Source: Stramenopiles sp. TOSAG23-3
Lineage: Eukaryota
Assembly: GCA_900128585.1 (NCBI GenBank)
Contig: LT642154.1
Coordinates: 1 to 62,211 of the forward strand
Direction of reading: 5' to 3'
Length of the DNA: 62,211 bases
The notes under the pieces are model-generated. The model was not told where the DNA came from and searched no databases. It was given only the letters and a program-made list of their open reading frames with translations. The position numbers and the translations under genes were made by a program. Shown here piece by piece: positions 11,101-22,384 of this stretch (its first letter is position 1; each line of letters begins with the position of its first letter).

Positions 11101-12480
11101 GTACCACGCCCAAGGCAGAAATTGGCAATATTTTTTGATCTCCGCAACCAATTTAACACTGCTTTTCGTATATACACCCACATGATGAAATTGCAAAACA
11201 AAATGGACTTGCTTAGTATGAACGCCGCACAAAGGAATGTGCAAGAACAGGTATACCTTGCTCGTAAAATGTCTCGAATGCAAGGAAAGAAAATTCTTAT
11301 TATCTATTGCAACGAATATGATCAAACGTGGTGGCCAAATTGGGGTCCAACTTCAATGGATACTGGGGGGGCGGGGGGATCGGAGGAGGCAGTAATTTTT
11401 CTCTCTAAAGAGATGCACAAGGTGTATGGATATCACGTTGAGGTATATGGCGATCCATTGCCTGAGTTTTGGGGGCAACGGAAGGATACGGGCGTGTGGT
11501 GGCTTCCTCTCAAAAGTTACGACGCTTATTTGCAAGATTCCTCTTTGGTGCCAGACATTTTCGTTTCTTGGCGGTACCATATCTCTACTGCATACGGCGA
11601 GAACGCAAAACAACAGTACATATGGCTCCAGGATATTTCTAAACGGTACAAAGTAGCGTTCACTGATGAATACATAGATAGCGTTTCTGGCGTATTCACC
11701 CTCAGCCAGTTTCACGGCAGAGAAGCTTTATCGGACTATGCTTTGAAAAAGACATTCGTCACACCCAATGCTCTTGACCCAAAATATTTTTACAATGGCC
11801 CTAATGAGAATAATCGTTTCATATACGCAAGCGCCCCAAACCGTGGACTTAGTATAGTGTTGGTAGGCTGGGCGCAGATAAAGAGAGCAATTCCAAGCGC
11901 TATATTGGAAGTTTATTATGGTTTTTCTGACGCTTTTCTGAAGTTTGGACAAACCAGCATTCCCAACTTCCCATCGTGGTTGCAAAAGATGAAGGAACTC
12001 TTGAAGCAAGATGGCATCATCTATCATGGAATGGCTGACCATCACACCCTTGGAAAAGGTTATGCCCGCTCCGGCTTTTATCTCTACCCTACGTCGTACC
12101 CCGAGACTGGATGCGTAGCGTTAATGAAAGCGCAGGCATTGGGCGCTATTCCAATAACAAGCCAACATGACGATTCCACCCTTCCGGAATTGACAAGCGA
12201 GTTTGATCTTGGCCCCCCGATGACCGAGGCACGAAAAGCACGGAGGATAGATGAAGTCGTCGAATGGCAGCAAGAATGGGTCGATTCGGTTGTTAAGGCT
12301 GCGACTATGGACGAAAGGAAAATTGCTGAACACCGTGCCCGAATGATCACCAAGTCCAGAAAACGGTTTCTTTGGTCAACAGTGGCAGGCCTATGGGACG
12401 ATGCGTTTTCCCGGGACGTAGACTACAAGAGTAAGAATTGGGAAGATGTTTTTCCAGCCGCAGTGAGTTTCACTCCATGA
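8122..12480 (+). CDS. Signal peptide + TPR + O-GlcNAc-transferase-like GT41 + TPR + GT4-like glycosyltransferase
   Basis: 'DFNNHPMGHL', 'YLGYPGT', 'NFNTIDK', 'DTFIYGAHSTASDALW' match the OGT catalytic lobes; C-terminal 'GGSEEAVIFLS', 'YASAPNRGL', 'YPTSYPETGCVALMKAQALG' indicate a second GT-B enzyme. Confidence 0.85.
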   Translation: MVLFPRSFTKLAMGGFRPSTGFVLVFTALFGWFARVGAAVEIYATPHNAAVSSYEEYTAGVTLFNQGNEFHKNNQLDQAMVYYRKSVLHYPLLGEAYLNMGNILKGVEAYRIYEKAVEVSGPNSLAPNKPLYANALANMGHYLVELQSKGAEAEFKTIEKAIEMYIEALRWQPENDNVWYNLGIAYEKQGFRQDAFEAYRKTLALEPLHVGANLNIGNLMMYGGYHNLSLFYHERALSSPGLTEWYKIGTMNNMGETYRFLNDVKSSLAMNRRALAVSPNDEMTLFNIYKAKRTLCDWENIREEIDFLIKLTNDQLSTGPNCTMLPYDASLLPISKKFLLKVATANTHRYRKLQFVPRDSTNDHFVGKIVQYPNGEEGRFRLVVGYTGYDFNNHPMGHLTCGVLELHDRNHIGVNCYPYGNDDKTLQRLRIIKACDVFKNTTMLADYKIAHTMSDDGVHISVDLMAHTRGTRLGVAAYHPGAILVNYLGYPGTIGTYRYADYIIVDRNIVVPETAKNEVSEKVVYLPHHYQANDFLLHVDFCGGPSTKLLNSATNQRLLDPAVEKDCAKENVAAKREEEGIPGDASVVMCNFNTIDKMEQDVFAIWMSILRRVPGGVLWLLAPKGKTGDEVRLNFFKEATHFGVDPRRLIIARRVSKFDHLDRFRYCDLFLDTFIYGAHSTASDALWTFTPIVTFEGELFQSRVAADLIFAIGLDELVTHSRRDFEDVSVALANNPAKLTALRDKLIANALPWPLFDTFRMTDNLERSYKAMWEVRETFKMDPTNLVIAPASPYKMSPLHVLEQRDAVQVKAAINLQSSGNLTQAGNIYRRLLAVDPGSSNYWHLFGLTRHAQGYHQAGVNFVKYAVALEGDNFIAMYHQNLAELCRSIEDLQCAVKHLELTWKNQEVSLETTQNIFDTLIRLRESATVVQFFEAYGTPLMIKENIGRGSEHIVTEILTLVAIAYAESVNLEANGVPDICFELLAKAIEISPNVPRPRQKLAIFFDLRNQFNTAFRIYTHMMKLQNKMDLLSMNAAQRNVQEQVYLARKMSRMQGKKILIIYCNEYDQTWWPNWGPTSMDTGGAGGSEEAVIFLSKEMHKVYGYHVEVYGDPLPEFWGQRKDTGVWWLPLKSYDAYLQDSSLVPDIFVSWRYHISTAYGENAKQQYIWLQDISKRYKVAFTDEYIDSVSGVFTLSQFHGREALSDYALKKTFVTPNALDPKYFYNGPNENNRFIYASAPNRGLSIVLVGWAQIKRAIPSAILEVYYGFSDAFLKFGQTSIPNFPSWLQKMKELLKQDGIIYHGMADHHTLGKGYARSGFYLYPTSYPETGCVALMKAQALGAIPITSQHDDSTLPELTSEFDLGPPMTEARKARRIDEVVEWQQEWVDSVVKAATMDERKIAEHRARMITKSRKRFLWSTVAGLWDDAFSRDVDYKSKNWEDVFPAAVSFTP

Positions 12481-12652
12481 ACAACTTTTTGAGAGAGATA
12501 AATTACTTCACAAAGTTTTTGTTTTTAAATTACTTACAAAGTAAATAACAAGTGCCATTATTTTTTTATTTTTAAAAAAACAAATTGTATATAATACGAA
12601 GTATACTCGTATCATAAGCTTATTCTCAGAATTAAAATGTAGTGCGCAAAAT

Positions 12653-15600
12653 TTAAAATTCGCCAAAAGCTGCGAACGGGTCCTCATCCCCACTGTTTTT
12701 ATCATCATCACCTGGGGCTGCGTTCGCTTCGAAAGCATCTACAGAGCCGAACCCTGCGTTAGCCGCGGCAAACGGATCTTCTCCCCCAGCACTGGCATCA
12801 CCTGCATCAAATTCATCATTGAAGCCACCACCCACCGTTGCAAATGGATCTACATCTTTGGGGGCATTGTCCGCCCCTCCTTTGGATTCTTCGGCTCCAA
12901 AAGCAGCAAACGCATCCCCCCCACCCATAGTGCCCCAGCCGCCCTCGTCACCAGCCCCAGTTTCTGCATTCACATTTGCACTGCTGTCTTTCTCTGGAAA
13001 CGCAGTGTCTCCAGTTGGAAAATTGGCATCTTCACTTCGAAAAGCAGCGTTGCCAGTTGGAAACGCAGCATCACCAGTTGGAAACGCAGGATCACCAGTT
13101 GGAAAAGCAGCGTCGCCGGTTGGAAAAGCGGCATCTTCACTTGGAAAAGCAGCATCCTCACTTGGAAAGGCAGCATCGCCACTTGGAAAAGCGGTATCTT
13201 CACTGGGGAAAGCGGTATCTTCACTGGGGAAAGCGGTATCTTCACTGGGGAAAGCTTCAGCATCCCCAGTTGGAAACGCGGTGTCTTCACTGGGAAACGC
13301 CATAGTAGACCCAAACGGATCAACAGTAGCAGCAGGCGCCTCCTCAACAGATGCTGGTCCGGAATCCGCCCCACTTCTAGGACTATCCGCGTCTTCAAAC
13401 GCTGAAAATGCGGGCTGAGGCTCGCTGGCTACTTCGGCAAACGGGTCACCCGCGGTCGTGTCGACCTCACTGTTCGTTTCTTCAGCTATGGAAACGCCTT
13501 CTGTCGGAGCGCCTCCTTTGAAAACCCTTCCCATTGTCATATTCATCAGATTTGTCCTACTATTGTCATACATCGTATCCTCCTCGTCCGAACTATTTGC
13601 AGAATTAACTGAAGATGGTGATACATTGCCAAATGGTATGCTCTCCTCTTCGTTTGACGAGTTGCTGTTGGGTCGCGGTGGACTATCGCTGCCGAAATTT
13701 GCCCCGAACGCGTCGGACGTGTCTCCAAATGCATTTGCCTGAAACAGCGGTGTCGCCTCAGAGCCACTGGATTCTGCAATGCGCTTCTTAAGGGCATGTT
13801 TCTCATCCAATTTGCTCTCGTGAATTGCTGCTGCAGCTTGAAGGTCGGTCTTGCTCTGGTGGTACTTTGCTTTGGCATCGCTGCGTTTGATCTCCGCTGC
13901 ACGCAGTGTCTCTTTTAAGGCCGCAATCTCTTTTTCGGCTGCTTGAATATTTTCGTTGTGTTTCCCTTGCAGTTGCATAAGAGTGTTTGAGCTGTCATCA
14001 AAGTCTTGTATTTCGCCAGTCACTTGGCGTATTTGATTCGCCAGCCTTGCCTTTGCTTGATCCAGCTCTTGGGTTTTTCCCTTTATAAGTAGGGCTTCCT
14101 CCTTTTTCCCCCAAAGTTCTTCCCGTCTTTGCTCCAAGGATTCCCTTAAAGAAAGAATTTCTTTTCTGAGCAAGTCTTCTCTAGAAGCGCTTTCTTTAAC
14201 CGTTTCTTCTGCTTTTACGAGATCATCAGTCATGTTATCCAGCGTTAAACTTAAAGAGTTCCTCTCAGTCTCCAATTGCTCTACCTGACGCTCCATATTT
14301 CCCACCAAAGCATGGAGATTGCTGGAAACAGCCGATGCAACGCTGCCTGCAGCAGACACGACATTTTTCTGGGCGTTAACTTCGTTGTCGATGCCAGAGG
14401 ACAGCACGTCCAATTTTGGGTGCTGCGGAATAAACGCCATCTGTGGGATCGCTGCAGGTTTTGTTTCTATTTGTGGCTCCTCCATAGAGATGGGGGATAA
14501 AGTGCCCGCCGCGGTTGCTCCATTGTTGGGTTTTGGGACATTGATTTGCATCACCGCAAAGGCGTCGTTGGGAGTGCTCCCAAAGCCGTCGTTGGGAGTG
14601 CTCCCAAAGGCGTCGTTGGTGCTCCCAAAGCCGTCATTGGTGCTCCCAAAGCCATCGTTTGTGCTACCAAATTCCTCGTTGTTCTTCCCGAACCCGTCGC
14701 TGCTGCTGCCAAAACTATCGCTCCTCGGGGCCGGCTCCATTTGTACCGGAGGCTGTAAGATTGTAGCACTTGGCGCTGGCGGCTGCAGCGCTGGCGGCTG
14801 TGGGGCCGCCTTTGTCTTGGGCTCTTCCGTCTTCAGGATAGACATGTCGATTCCCAATGCATTTGAAAGCGTGTTGGCGAGTTTCGTTCCGGGAGACGGC
14901 ATGGGTTCGGGCTGTGGCTCCCCTCCCCACCCGGCTTCTTCCCCCATCACTTCTTCTGGGTTGGCCATGTTTTCGGACTCGGTGCCAGGCTTTAACACCT
15001 CGGGGAGCTCATTTGGCAGCACGCGACCGCGGCGGCTCACTTGAACGATCAGGTGGAACGCTACGCAAAATTCTTCCAAAGTTAGCTTCCCGTCCTGGTC
15101 CATGTCCGACATGATCCATATCTTCCCAAGAATTTGCTGCGGCAAGTTTGATTTCATCATGAACTCCCGGGCCTGTGGCCCCGTAAGGTGCCCCTTTTTC
15201 TCCTTGTCCAGCATGAAGAAATGGTTCGAGTACTTGCCCCTGGTCTCGTCGTCAATCGCCCACGATGAGGACGCCGGCCCCGCCGTTCCCCCTGTGCTTT
15301 GCCCTTGTTGGGCAGGGACTGCGGGAACGGTGGGGTTTGGGATCCCTTCAAAAACTGGGAGCGATAGGTGCGTTGCAGACGTTTCCATAAGAGAGTTGCT
15401 GCTGAGTGAGATCCCGTTTTGGGCCATAGATATCAGGCGCATCGCAGCGTGGAAGTCCCCCCTTGTTAGAAACCCTTTCTGGTCGCTGTCAGCGATGTTC
15501 CAAAGCTCCTTTAATATAGCTGGGGCCACCTTGGACTTTAGAAAAAACGGAACGGCCAGCTGGCCAGTGATCTGATTCCCTTTTCCTGCCGTGACAAAGT

Positions 15601-15691
15601 GAAACAGTTGCTCAAAGTAAGGGAGCTCGATCTGTGTTGGGACGTACCGTGCAGTGTTGGGGGTTGCCCCGTTCCCGAAGTTGCCGTCCAT
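12653..15691 (-). CDS. Eps15/Ede1-like endocytic scaffold (2 EH domains, coiled coil, DPF/acidic tail)
   Basis: EH motifs 'LKELWNIADSDQKGFL' and 'LGKIWIMSDMDQDGKLTLEEFCVAFHLI', heptad region, several DPF motifs. Confidence 0.85.
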   Translation of the reverse strand: MDGNFGNGATPNTARYVPTQIELPYFEQLFHFVTAGKGNQITGQLAVPFFLKSKVAPAILKELWNIADSDQKGFLTRGDFHAAMRLISMAQNGISLSSNSLMETSATHLSLPVFEGIPNPTVPAVPAQQGQSTGGTAGPASSSWAIDDETRGKYSNHFFMLDKEKKGHLTGPQAREFMMKSNLPQQILGKIWIMSDMDQDGKLTLEEFCVAFHLIVQVSRRGRVLPNELPEVLKPGTESENMANPEEVMGEEAGWGGEPQPEPMPSPGTKLANTLSNALGIDMSILKTEEPKTKAAPQPPALQPPAPSATILQPPVQMEPAPRSDSFGSSSDGFGKNNEEFGSTNDGFGSTNDGFGSTNDAFGSTPNDGFGSTPNDAFAVMQINVPKPNNGATAAGTLSPISMEEPQIETKPAAIPQMAFIPQHPKLDVLSSGIDNEVNAQKNVVSAAGSVASAVSSNLHALVGNMERQVEQLETERNSLSLTLDNMTDDLVKAEETVKESASREDLLRKEILSLRESLEQRREELWGKKEEALLIKGKTQELDQAKARLANQIRQVTGEIQDFDDSSNTLMQLQGKHNENIQAAEKEIAALKETLRAAEIKRSDAKAKYHQSKTDLQAAAAIHESKLDEKHALKKRIAESSGSEATPLFQANAFGDTSDAFGANFGSDSPPRPNSNSSNEEESIPFGNVSPSSVNSANSSDEEDTMYDNSRTNLMNMTMGRVFKGGAPTEGVSIAEETNSEVDTTAGDPFAEVASEPQPAFSAFEDADSPRSGADSGPASVEEAPAATVDPFGSTMAFPSEDTAFPTGDAEAFPSEDTAFPSEDTAFPSEDTAFPSGDAAFPSEDAAFPSEDAAFPTGDAAFPTGDPAFPTGDAAFPTGNAAFRSEDANFPTGDTAFPEKDSSANVNAETGAGDEGGWGTMGGGDAFAAFGAEESKGGADNAPKDVDPFATVGGGFNDEFDAGDASAGGEDPFAAANAGFGSVDAFEANAAPGDDDKNSGDEDPFAAFGEF
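12993..13300 (-). repeat. Coding 21-nt tandem repeat (AFPSEDT/AFPTGDA), ~14 units
   Basis: Directly visible units such as gcggtatcttcactggggaaa. Confidence 0.9.
14560..14680 (-). repeat. Coding 21-24-nt tandem repeat (FGSTNDG/FGSTPND)
   Basis: Repeated gtgctcccaaagccgtcgttg units. Confidence 0.85.
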
Positions 15692-17023
15692 ATTCGGAGT
15701 ATTAGTGCTCTTTGGAGTGGTGCTACCAGTTTAGTCCCTTTACGAATTCGTCGCCCGAGTGCCCTTCGTTAGAAAATAACCTAAATGAAGTGGTTTCAAT
15801 GGTTGCGTGCAGATTATGTATAAAAAATTGTAGAAACAACCGTTGGCCAAAATGTCTTTTTAAATAGCAAATAAATGGTAAACATTCAACTCCCTATATT
15901 TATATACTCCTCTCATCCAATTATTTTATTACTATACATTTTTATTTTTTTATGTATTATTTTTATTTTAATAATAATAAATAAATAAAAAAATAAAAAA
16001 GAAGAAGATATTTTATATAAATATTATAATAAAAAATCCCGGAGGAAGAAGAAGAAGAGAGGTGGGTTCGGTGGATTCCTTCGCCTTCTTCTTCTTCGTT
16101 TTCTTTTTTTTTTGATATTTTTATTATAAATAATTCTATTGTTCGTACAATACGTACTATTCATGGTGTGATGTTGTAAAAAAATAATGAATAGCATAAA
16201 ATAAATTTCCTTCATTATTCTCTCCAGCTTTCCCTTCAAAATTATTAAATTTATTATTAATAAAGTGTCTACCGTATTCTCAGTTTAAACATCAAGGCCC
16301 TCTCCTCCCTCCCCTCCCTCCCTCCCTCCTTCCTCCTTCTTCTTTGTTGGATTTTTGAAAAAACTAATTATTAGAACCAACTACGGTATAATACCAGGTA
16401 GTACCAACTATAATACCAACTACGAGAGTAGGCAATAATAATTCCAATTATTATTAATTCCAAATAATAATTATTTTTTATTATTTCTTCTTCTTAATAA
16501 TTTAAAACTGAAAATCAGAATGACAGGGACACAGCATTATTAATTATTTTTTATTAAATGAAGAATAATCAATCATTTTTTTATTTTATTATTCAATAAA
16601 ATAATAAAAAATTAATATTTCTCCCTTCTTCTTTATATTTATTTAATTGTATTTCATTATTATTATTATTCTAATATGAATTATTGTAGTCCTATTATGT
16701 GCCTGTTGTTGGTTTTTTTTTTTAAATAATATAATTATTATTTGTTCAGCAAGGCTACTAATAATAATATAATATAAATAAAAGAACAGTAAGTAGAGGA
16801 GTAGAAACTTACTTTCTTCTTTCAAAAAAATGAAACGATATTTTTTAAATATCTGAGGGAAACGAAAACAAACGTTTCGGTTTTTTTGTGTTATTGCAGA
16901 ACATAGACGGATAATTTCAGGAACCATTTTGTTTTCTTGTGTTTTTCCCGTAAACGTTAAAGGTGTTGCGTGAGATAGAAAGAGAGAGTGGGCAATCCTG
17001 TTCTGGTTCTCTTTACTGTAGCT

Positions 17024-20000
17024 ATGTCGTCCTTGTCAAAGAGTTACGGGCCCCGCCCGCAACAGGCGCGCCAGAAACGAAAGCGGTCCAAGGGGGGCGA
17101 CAAGCATGAGGATGTTTTGAACGCGGAGGAGATTGCAAAGGTGAACAAGCATGCAGCGTTTATAGAGGGTGCCACGCAGACCGCCCAAAAAAGCTCTTCC
17201 ACGGCGGGGGACGCCATATTTCCTATTGGCAAGAAGAGTGGGGGAAGCCCCGCCGTTTCTGGGACTTCCGGGCCAACGTCGAGCGAAGTCTTGGGCGCGT
17301 TAGGCCATCTTAGAAGCTTCGCCGACGGCTCCACAAAAGCGGCCCGCTCGGCAATTGTCACGGCCACAAACGTGATGCCCAGCTTAGTGTCTTTCCTAGA
17401 AGCCTTGGACCAAGCGGACCGCCACCACCAACATGCCATAATGGTGGTGCGCGCCTTAGAAATTATAGAAGTACTGTTGAAAGAGAACTACAAGTGTATG
17501 GTCCACTTGGTTTCAAAGGTACCCAACTCGATCGATGTCTTCGTTCGAATTCTTGGAGGCGTCCGGGACTTCACCAAAAGCTGGGAAGGAATGCTGGTCT
17601 TGGATAGAATTTGCGTGGTGTTGCTCCACGTGGTGTCGGTGGGGGACGAGTCCCGTGATTTCTTTGTGAAAGCCAAGGGGGGGGCAGCGTTGCGCTTGGC
17701 AGTAGACATTTTGTGCTCGATGGCGAAGCGCCAGAGCCCTGAACCCATATACAGGCGCGGCTTCGATGTTAGCGCGGACTCGTGGGTCCAGCTCGCAAAG
17801 CGCGTATGCGCCCTCGTCGTAGAGACGGCCGCGTCCGAAAAAATGAGCAACAAATCGAACTTGCGTAGCCTGCACAAGGCTGGGGTCTTCGGCTCATTGT
17901 GCCGTCCTTGATCCGGGAGCTCTTTCGGTCGTGGGTGTACTCCTGGCTGGGGGCAACTATTCCAGAAGTAGACGAGGACGGCGAGGACAGCTACCTGTAC
18001 TTTGGCAGTCCCGAGGAAGCAAAACGGATCAGAACCGTCGCCACGGACGCGTACAGTAAGTACGCCGGGCTTCATCTTTTGCTCGCCGCGCTACAGTACG
18101 ACTTTACGGACGCCTCCCGGGCCGTCGAGAATTCGATGATGGACGCGGCCACATCGGGGCTTTTGGAGAAATGCGTCATCACCGCGGCCAAAGACGTTGG
18201 CGGTAGCGCGCTCGAATCGTACCAGTACGAGGTAGTGGAAGGGGTTGCGACATTCAAGAACGACAATACCAACTACAGCGAAGACGATGGCTTCATTTCT
18301 TCGCCGATGATAACCCCGAAAAAGAAAATGTCCGGGGCGGCGCCGTTGCAGAGAGGGAAGGACCTGCTGGACACCAGCAATATCAAGAAAGTTCCTGTGA
18401 AGATCACCCTGGCCAGCGGCGTAACATTGGAGGCCCCCATTAGTGCCGTCACAAAGTGCTCCAGGTGGTACGCGACGATAATGGACGAGTCGAGGGACCT
18501 GCACTTGTACCACTACGACGAAGAGGCGTGCGTGGAATCGCTAAACGTTTTGGAGAGAACCCTGCAGGAAGGCGCCGAAGTCCGGCACTTTTTTGTAAAT
18601 ATTCGTGGTGCAGTAGAGCTGCTGGTACAGAACGTGAACCAGATCGACGAAAATGTAATGCGCGCAGGGTGCGCCGCCGCCTACTCCTTTCTCTTGGGGA
18701 ATTCGGTGGCGCAGAAGGCATTTCTCCGGCGTGGCGGGGTGCGGGCGTTGGCAGACTGTTTGCACGACTACGACATCAAAGTCCGCCTTTTGGCATTGCA
18801 GAGCATTGCAATCCTTTGCTCAAAACAGGAACAGTGTCTTGATGAAGTCCGTAAAACCGGCATCCTCAAACATGTAATTTCTATCCTGAACGATTTCCCT
18901 GCAGACGATGTAAACGTTGACGTTGCCATTGCCGCTGCCGATGTCTTGGCCCATTGCGTCAACGACAACGTTGCAAACCAAGAATTGGTCCAAGGCAACC
19001 ACGGCTTGGCGACGCTGAGAAAAGTTTTTGAGTGGTGTGTGACCTGGAGAAGCACGCAAGTACCTGGTGCGGACGGGCAGACCAGTGCCGTTAAAGGTTT
19101 GCCGGCCTCGCCAAGGAAGAGAAAGAATGCGTGGGGGATTGCGTCCGTCTTAGAGAACGTGTGCTCGGCGCTGAGCAATTTAGCGTTCAGGAACCAGAGC
19201 AATCAAAACGAAATGCTCAAGAATGGGACGTTGGCTTTATGCATATCAACGCTGTGCAATCGTGCCGGGACTGAGTTCGGGGGCTTAGCGCTAGGCACGG
19301 GCGCAGGGCTGGATGCGGCGGCAGGCTTGCCGTGCAGGCCGCTGGAGCTCACTGTTGCTATATTGAACATTATAATAAATGGCGTAGATGCCAACCCCGA
19401 CAACCAAGTTGCAGTTGGCGTAGAAGATACAGTAGCCCTGCTCAGTACACTGATTGGCCCGACGGACGTGTCAAAGAACGGTGCCTGCGGCCCAGGCTTA
19501 CCTCTCTTTCGCAACGACGAGGGGTTGTTGTCACACATGTCGCCCGACAGGCTCTTGTGGCACATGCAGCGGGTTGCCGCAATGAGTTGTCTGCTTCTTT
19601 CTCACTTGGCGTGGGACAACCCTGCAACACAGGCGCACCTTGGGAACGACGAGCGCGTCATGCAGCTAGTTTTCCTCATAGATACGGGAAGCGAGTTTGG
19701 CAAAGCGTTGGTAGTTTACAATGGCGATGCCGTGACGTCGTCCGCATCGCAAGAGAAAGGTGCCGTCGAAGACAGCAACACGCTGTTGCGAAATGGCGCT
19801 GGCGGCATTTTCAGCGTAGACGAACAGTTCGCTGGGCGTGATGAAGTACGCCTGTATGCATTGATGGCGCTGATCAACCTTTGTTACCACAACTTGATAG
19901 TACAAAACATTGTCAACGGCTTGCGGCTAAAAGACGGCCGCACCACGTTTGACGTGATCCTCTCCATCGTGAGCAGCGAACTGTTCGATGTCAGAAAGGC

Positions 20001-21249
20001 GGCCGTGTTTTGTTTAGACAACCTTGTTACTTCGCACCGCGAAAATTCGAGGTTACTCGCCGAAGCTGGCGGTGTGCTCTCTCTTGTAGCCCTACTCAAT
20101 GACGACGATGAAGACGAAATCAGCAAAAAAGCATTTAGAACGTTGACTAGCATGTCTGACATTGCTCTCAGTGTGATTTTGAGCCACGTCGCTGCCCTCT
20201 GCTGCGGTATAGAGGGTGTCACGAATGCCATTGGCGCGGGCTTGGCTGCTCAAAAGGGGATGCCTGCCCTCTCGAAAGAAGCCTTGGAATCCATCTCCTC
20301 TATTGCAGCGAAAGAGAGAAACTATTATTTGAACATAGACAGCGGCGAAGAAGGCGTGAAAGTGTCGGAGTGGGAGGACGGGTTACCGTCGAATGATGCC
20401 GCTCAACCCGGGACTCAGTCTGGCGCAAGCGTTGTCCTTACCGAAAGTGGGATGGCCGCGGCAGAAGAGTTTGCAGCCCTGTCTCTCGACGGTGCGAACG
20501 CAACACAGTACGACGGTGAATTGGACGATGGCTCCATGCAACGGAGTTCCCCTCCGGTGACCCAGACAGAAATTGTATGGGGGATGCTTGGGAAACTCCT
20601 CCCAGTAGTGAATGGCATAGTTTACAACGATGTGTCAGCGCGCGAATTTCTTTGGCAGGAAGGGAACGGTTTGCCGATCCTTCTCTTTGTTGTAACACGA
20701 GTGCTGCCTTTAGAGTTGCGTGTAATTTGTACTTACATTCTTGCAAACATAACTCAAACGAACGAAAAGAGCCTGCAGATCTTAGCCTTCAAAATGGGTG
20801 CCTTCAGTGTGCTGAACTCCTTCCTCAAGGAAGTGGACAGGAACGACGACGACAGCGACGGAGAGGATGGGGGGAACAATGCGAAAGATACTATTTCTAT
20901 AATATTCACGGTGCTTCACAATTTGTTGCGGCAAAATTTTCAGAATGCCCAGCAACTGTCGGGCGAAGAGTACGGGTACTTGCTGAAGCTGGTCATCAAC
21001 TGTTGCGCCGACGGGACGGAACCCGAGCTTCGGAACGACGCTGCCAATGTCCTGTTGGCAATAGTAGAACTTGCCCTGGAGGAAGTTGGGCCGCTACAAA
21101 ACCGTTTGTTGGACGAAACTATCGACGCAGCGGGCGCCTTGCAGATAATTGGGGAAAGTTTCGATTCGTCTCTTGGCCATGCCATGAAAGCACGGGCTGA
21201 GCAGGCTGCACGTGGTCTTCGGACGTTGAGTGGGGAGCTGAAGAAATGA
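17024..21249 (+). CDS. Large armadillo-repeat protein; one gene split by a 1-nt frameshift near 17882-17885
   Basis: ARM motifs (GGVRALADCL, GGVLSLVALL, NQ...G.L..L); adding one G to the G4 run joins both ORFs as HKAGGLRLIVPSL. Confidence 0.75.
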
Positions 21250-21436
21250 TATAGCGAGAGGGCGGGGCGCGTACCGAAAAAAGAAGCCTCTAGTAAAACA
21301 ATGTGGTACATTTTGTAATATTTTCCCGTTAAGATTATTTAGGATGTTTTAGAGCATCAAATAGTATTTATTGCTGTTATTTTAATGCAAGAGTTGGCCG
21401 GCAGATTTTTTTTACTTTTTCTGTAAAGTTGACCTT

Positions 21437-22384
21437 TCAGTATTTTCGGTGTTTCTTTTTCTTCTTTTTCTTCTTCTTCTTCTTCTTTCCATCGTCACTG
21501 TCACTATCGCTGGCATGTTCAAGCATTATGTTTGATCCGAGGCTATCTCCACTCTGGGGGGCATTTGAGGTGCTCTCGAACTGTTCTGCGGCCTCCTCCT
21601 TCTTTCGTTTCCTCTTTTTTGAACCTTTTTCAGGGCAATCTTTCACCAAGTGCTGGTTAGATCCACAGACACGGCACCCACCACCGTTCGGGTAAATGCC
21701 GTTGGCATTTTTTGGGCACTGGCTTGAAAGATGCCCGACTGTGTTGCAAATGAAACACGTGGCAAAAGTAAACCCATTCCCAATCGTTGCCTTGCGGCAT
21801 TTCGCTGCCCTGTGGCTTGTATCCCCGCAATTGTAACATATCCTCTTGTTGGACTTTCGTGCTATTAGGGGGCAATCTTTCAAAACGTGGTCGTTGGAAC
21901 GGCAATTTAAACAACATTTTGATTTTTCTTTCTCTTCCTCTCGTTGCTTTTTTGCTGCCTCTCTATCTTCAACTTCTTTCGGCGTAAATATTACGTTCCT
22001 CTTCTTTTGCGGCACACCCCTTGCCATTGAACATCGAGTAGGGCGCGACATGATCTCCTTGCCGTCCATATCTAATGCGTTTTCTGCCCCAGCACTGGTG
22101 ATAAACTCTATGTGCGCAAAGTTGCGAAACTTTCTGGTTCGCCGGTCCGTTCCCCACCGCACCGCAGTCACTTTTCCATAGTTTTCGAAAGCAGCCAAAA
22201 GCTCGTCCTCACAGATATCGTTGTGCAGATTACCAACAAACACCTGCTTAATTTTTCCGTCGTCAACGTCGTGAATGAATTTACAGCTGGGCCCATTTTT
22301 GCATATGCCCGCACGATAGGCCAAGCAGACCCCGGCCACTGGCCGTTGAAAGTCCACGCGTTTCCCCCCTGCAGAGTACGGCAT
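21437..22384 (-). CDS. CCCH + RRM + four CCHC zinc-knuckle RNA-binding protein (ZCCHC9-like C-terminus)
   Basis: C-x7-C-x5-C-x3-H; RNP2 'VFVGNL', RNP1 'RNFAHIEF'; 4x CX2CX4HX4C with 'GIYPNGGGC'; Lys-rich tail; ATG at 22384. Confidence 0.85.
   Translation of the reverse strand: MPYSAGGKRVDFQRPVAGVCLAYRAGICKNGPSCKFIHDVDDGKIKQVFVGNLHNDICEDELLAAFENYGKVTAVRWGTDRRTRKFRNFAHIEFITSAGAENALDMDGKEIMSRPTRCSMARGVPQKKRNVIFTPKEVEDREAAKKQREEEKEKSKCCLNCRSNDHVLKDCPLIARKSNKRICYNCGDTSHRAAKCRKATIGNGFTFATCFICNTVGHLSSQCPKNANGIYPNGGGCRVCGSNQHLVKDCPEKGSKKRKRKKEEAAEQFESTSNAPQSGDSLGSNIMLEHASDSDSDDGKKKKKKKKKKKKHRKY

Noticed and set aside
12819-13418. Antisense/alternative-frame repeat ORFs or a CRISPR-like array
   Set aside because: Shadows of the 21-nt coding repeat in the Eps15-like gene; no unique spacers, no cas genes, eukaryotic context
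17870-17911. Programmed frameshift or two genes at the ARM ORF break
   Set aside because: One extra G in the G4 run restores a typical ARM 'AGGLRLIV' motif; a homopolymer consensus error is simplest (check reads)
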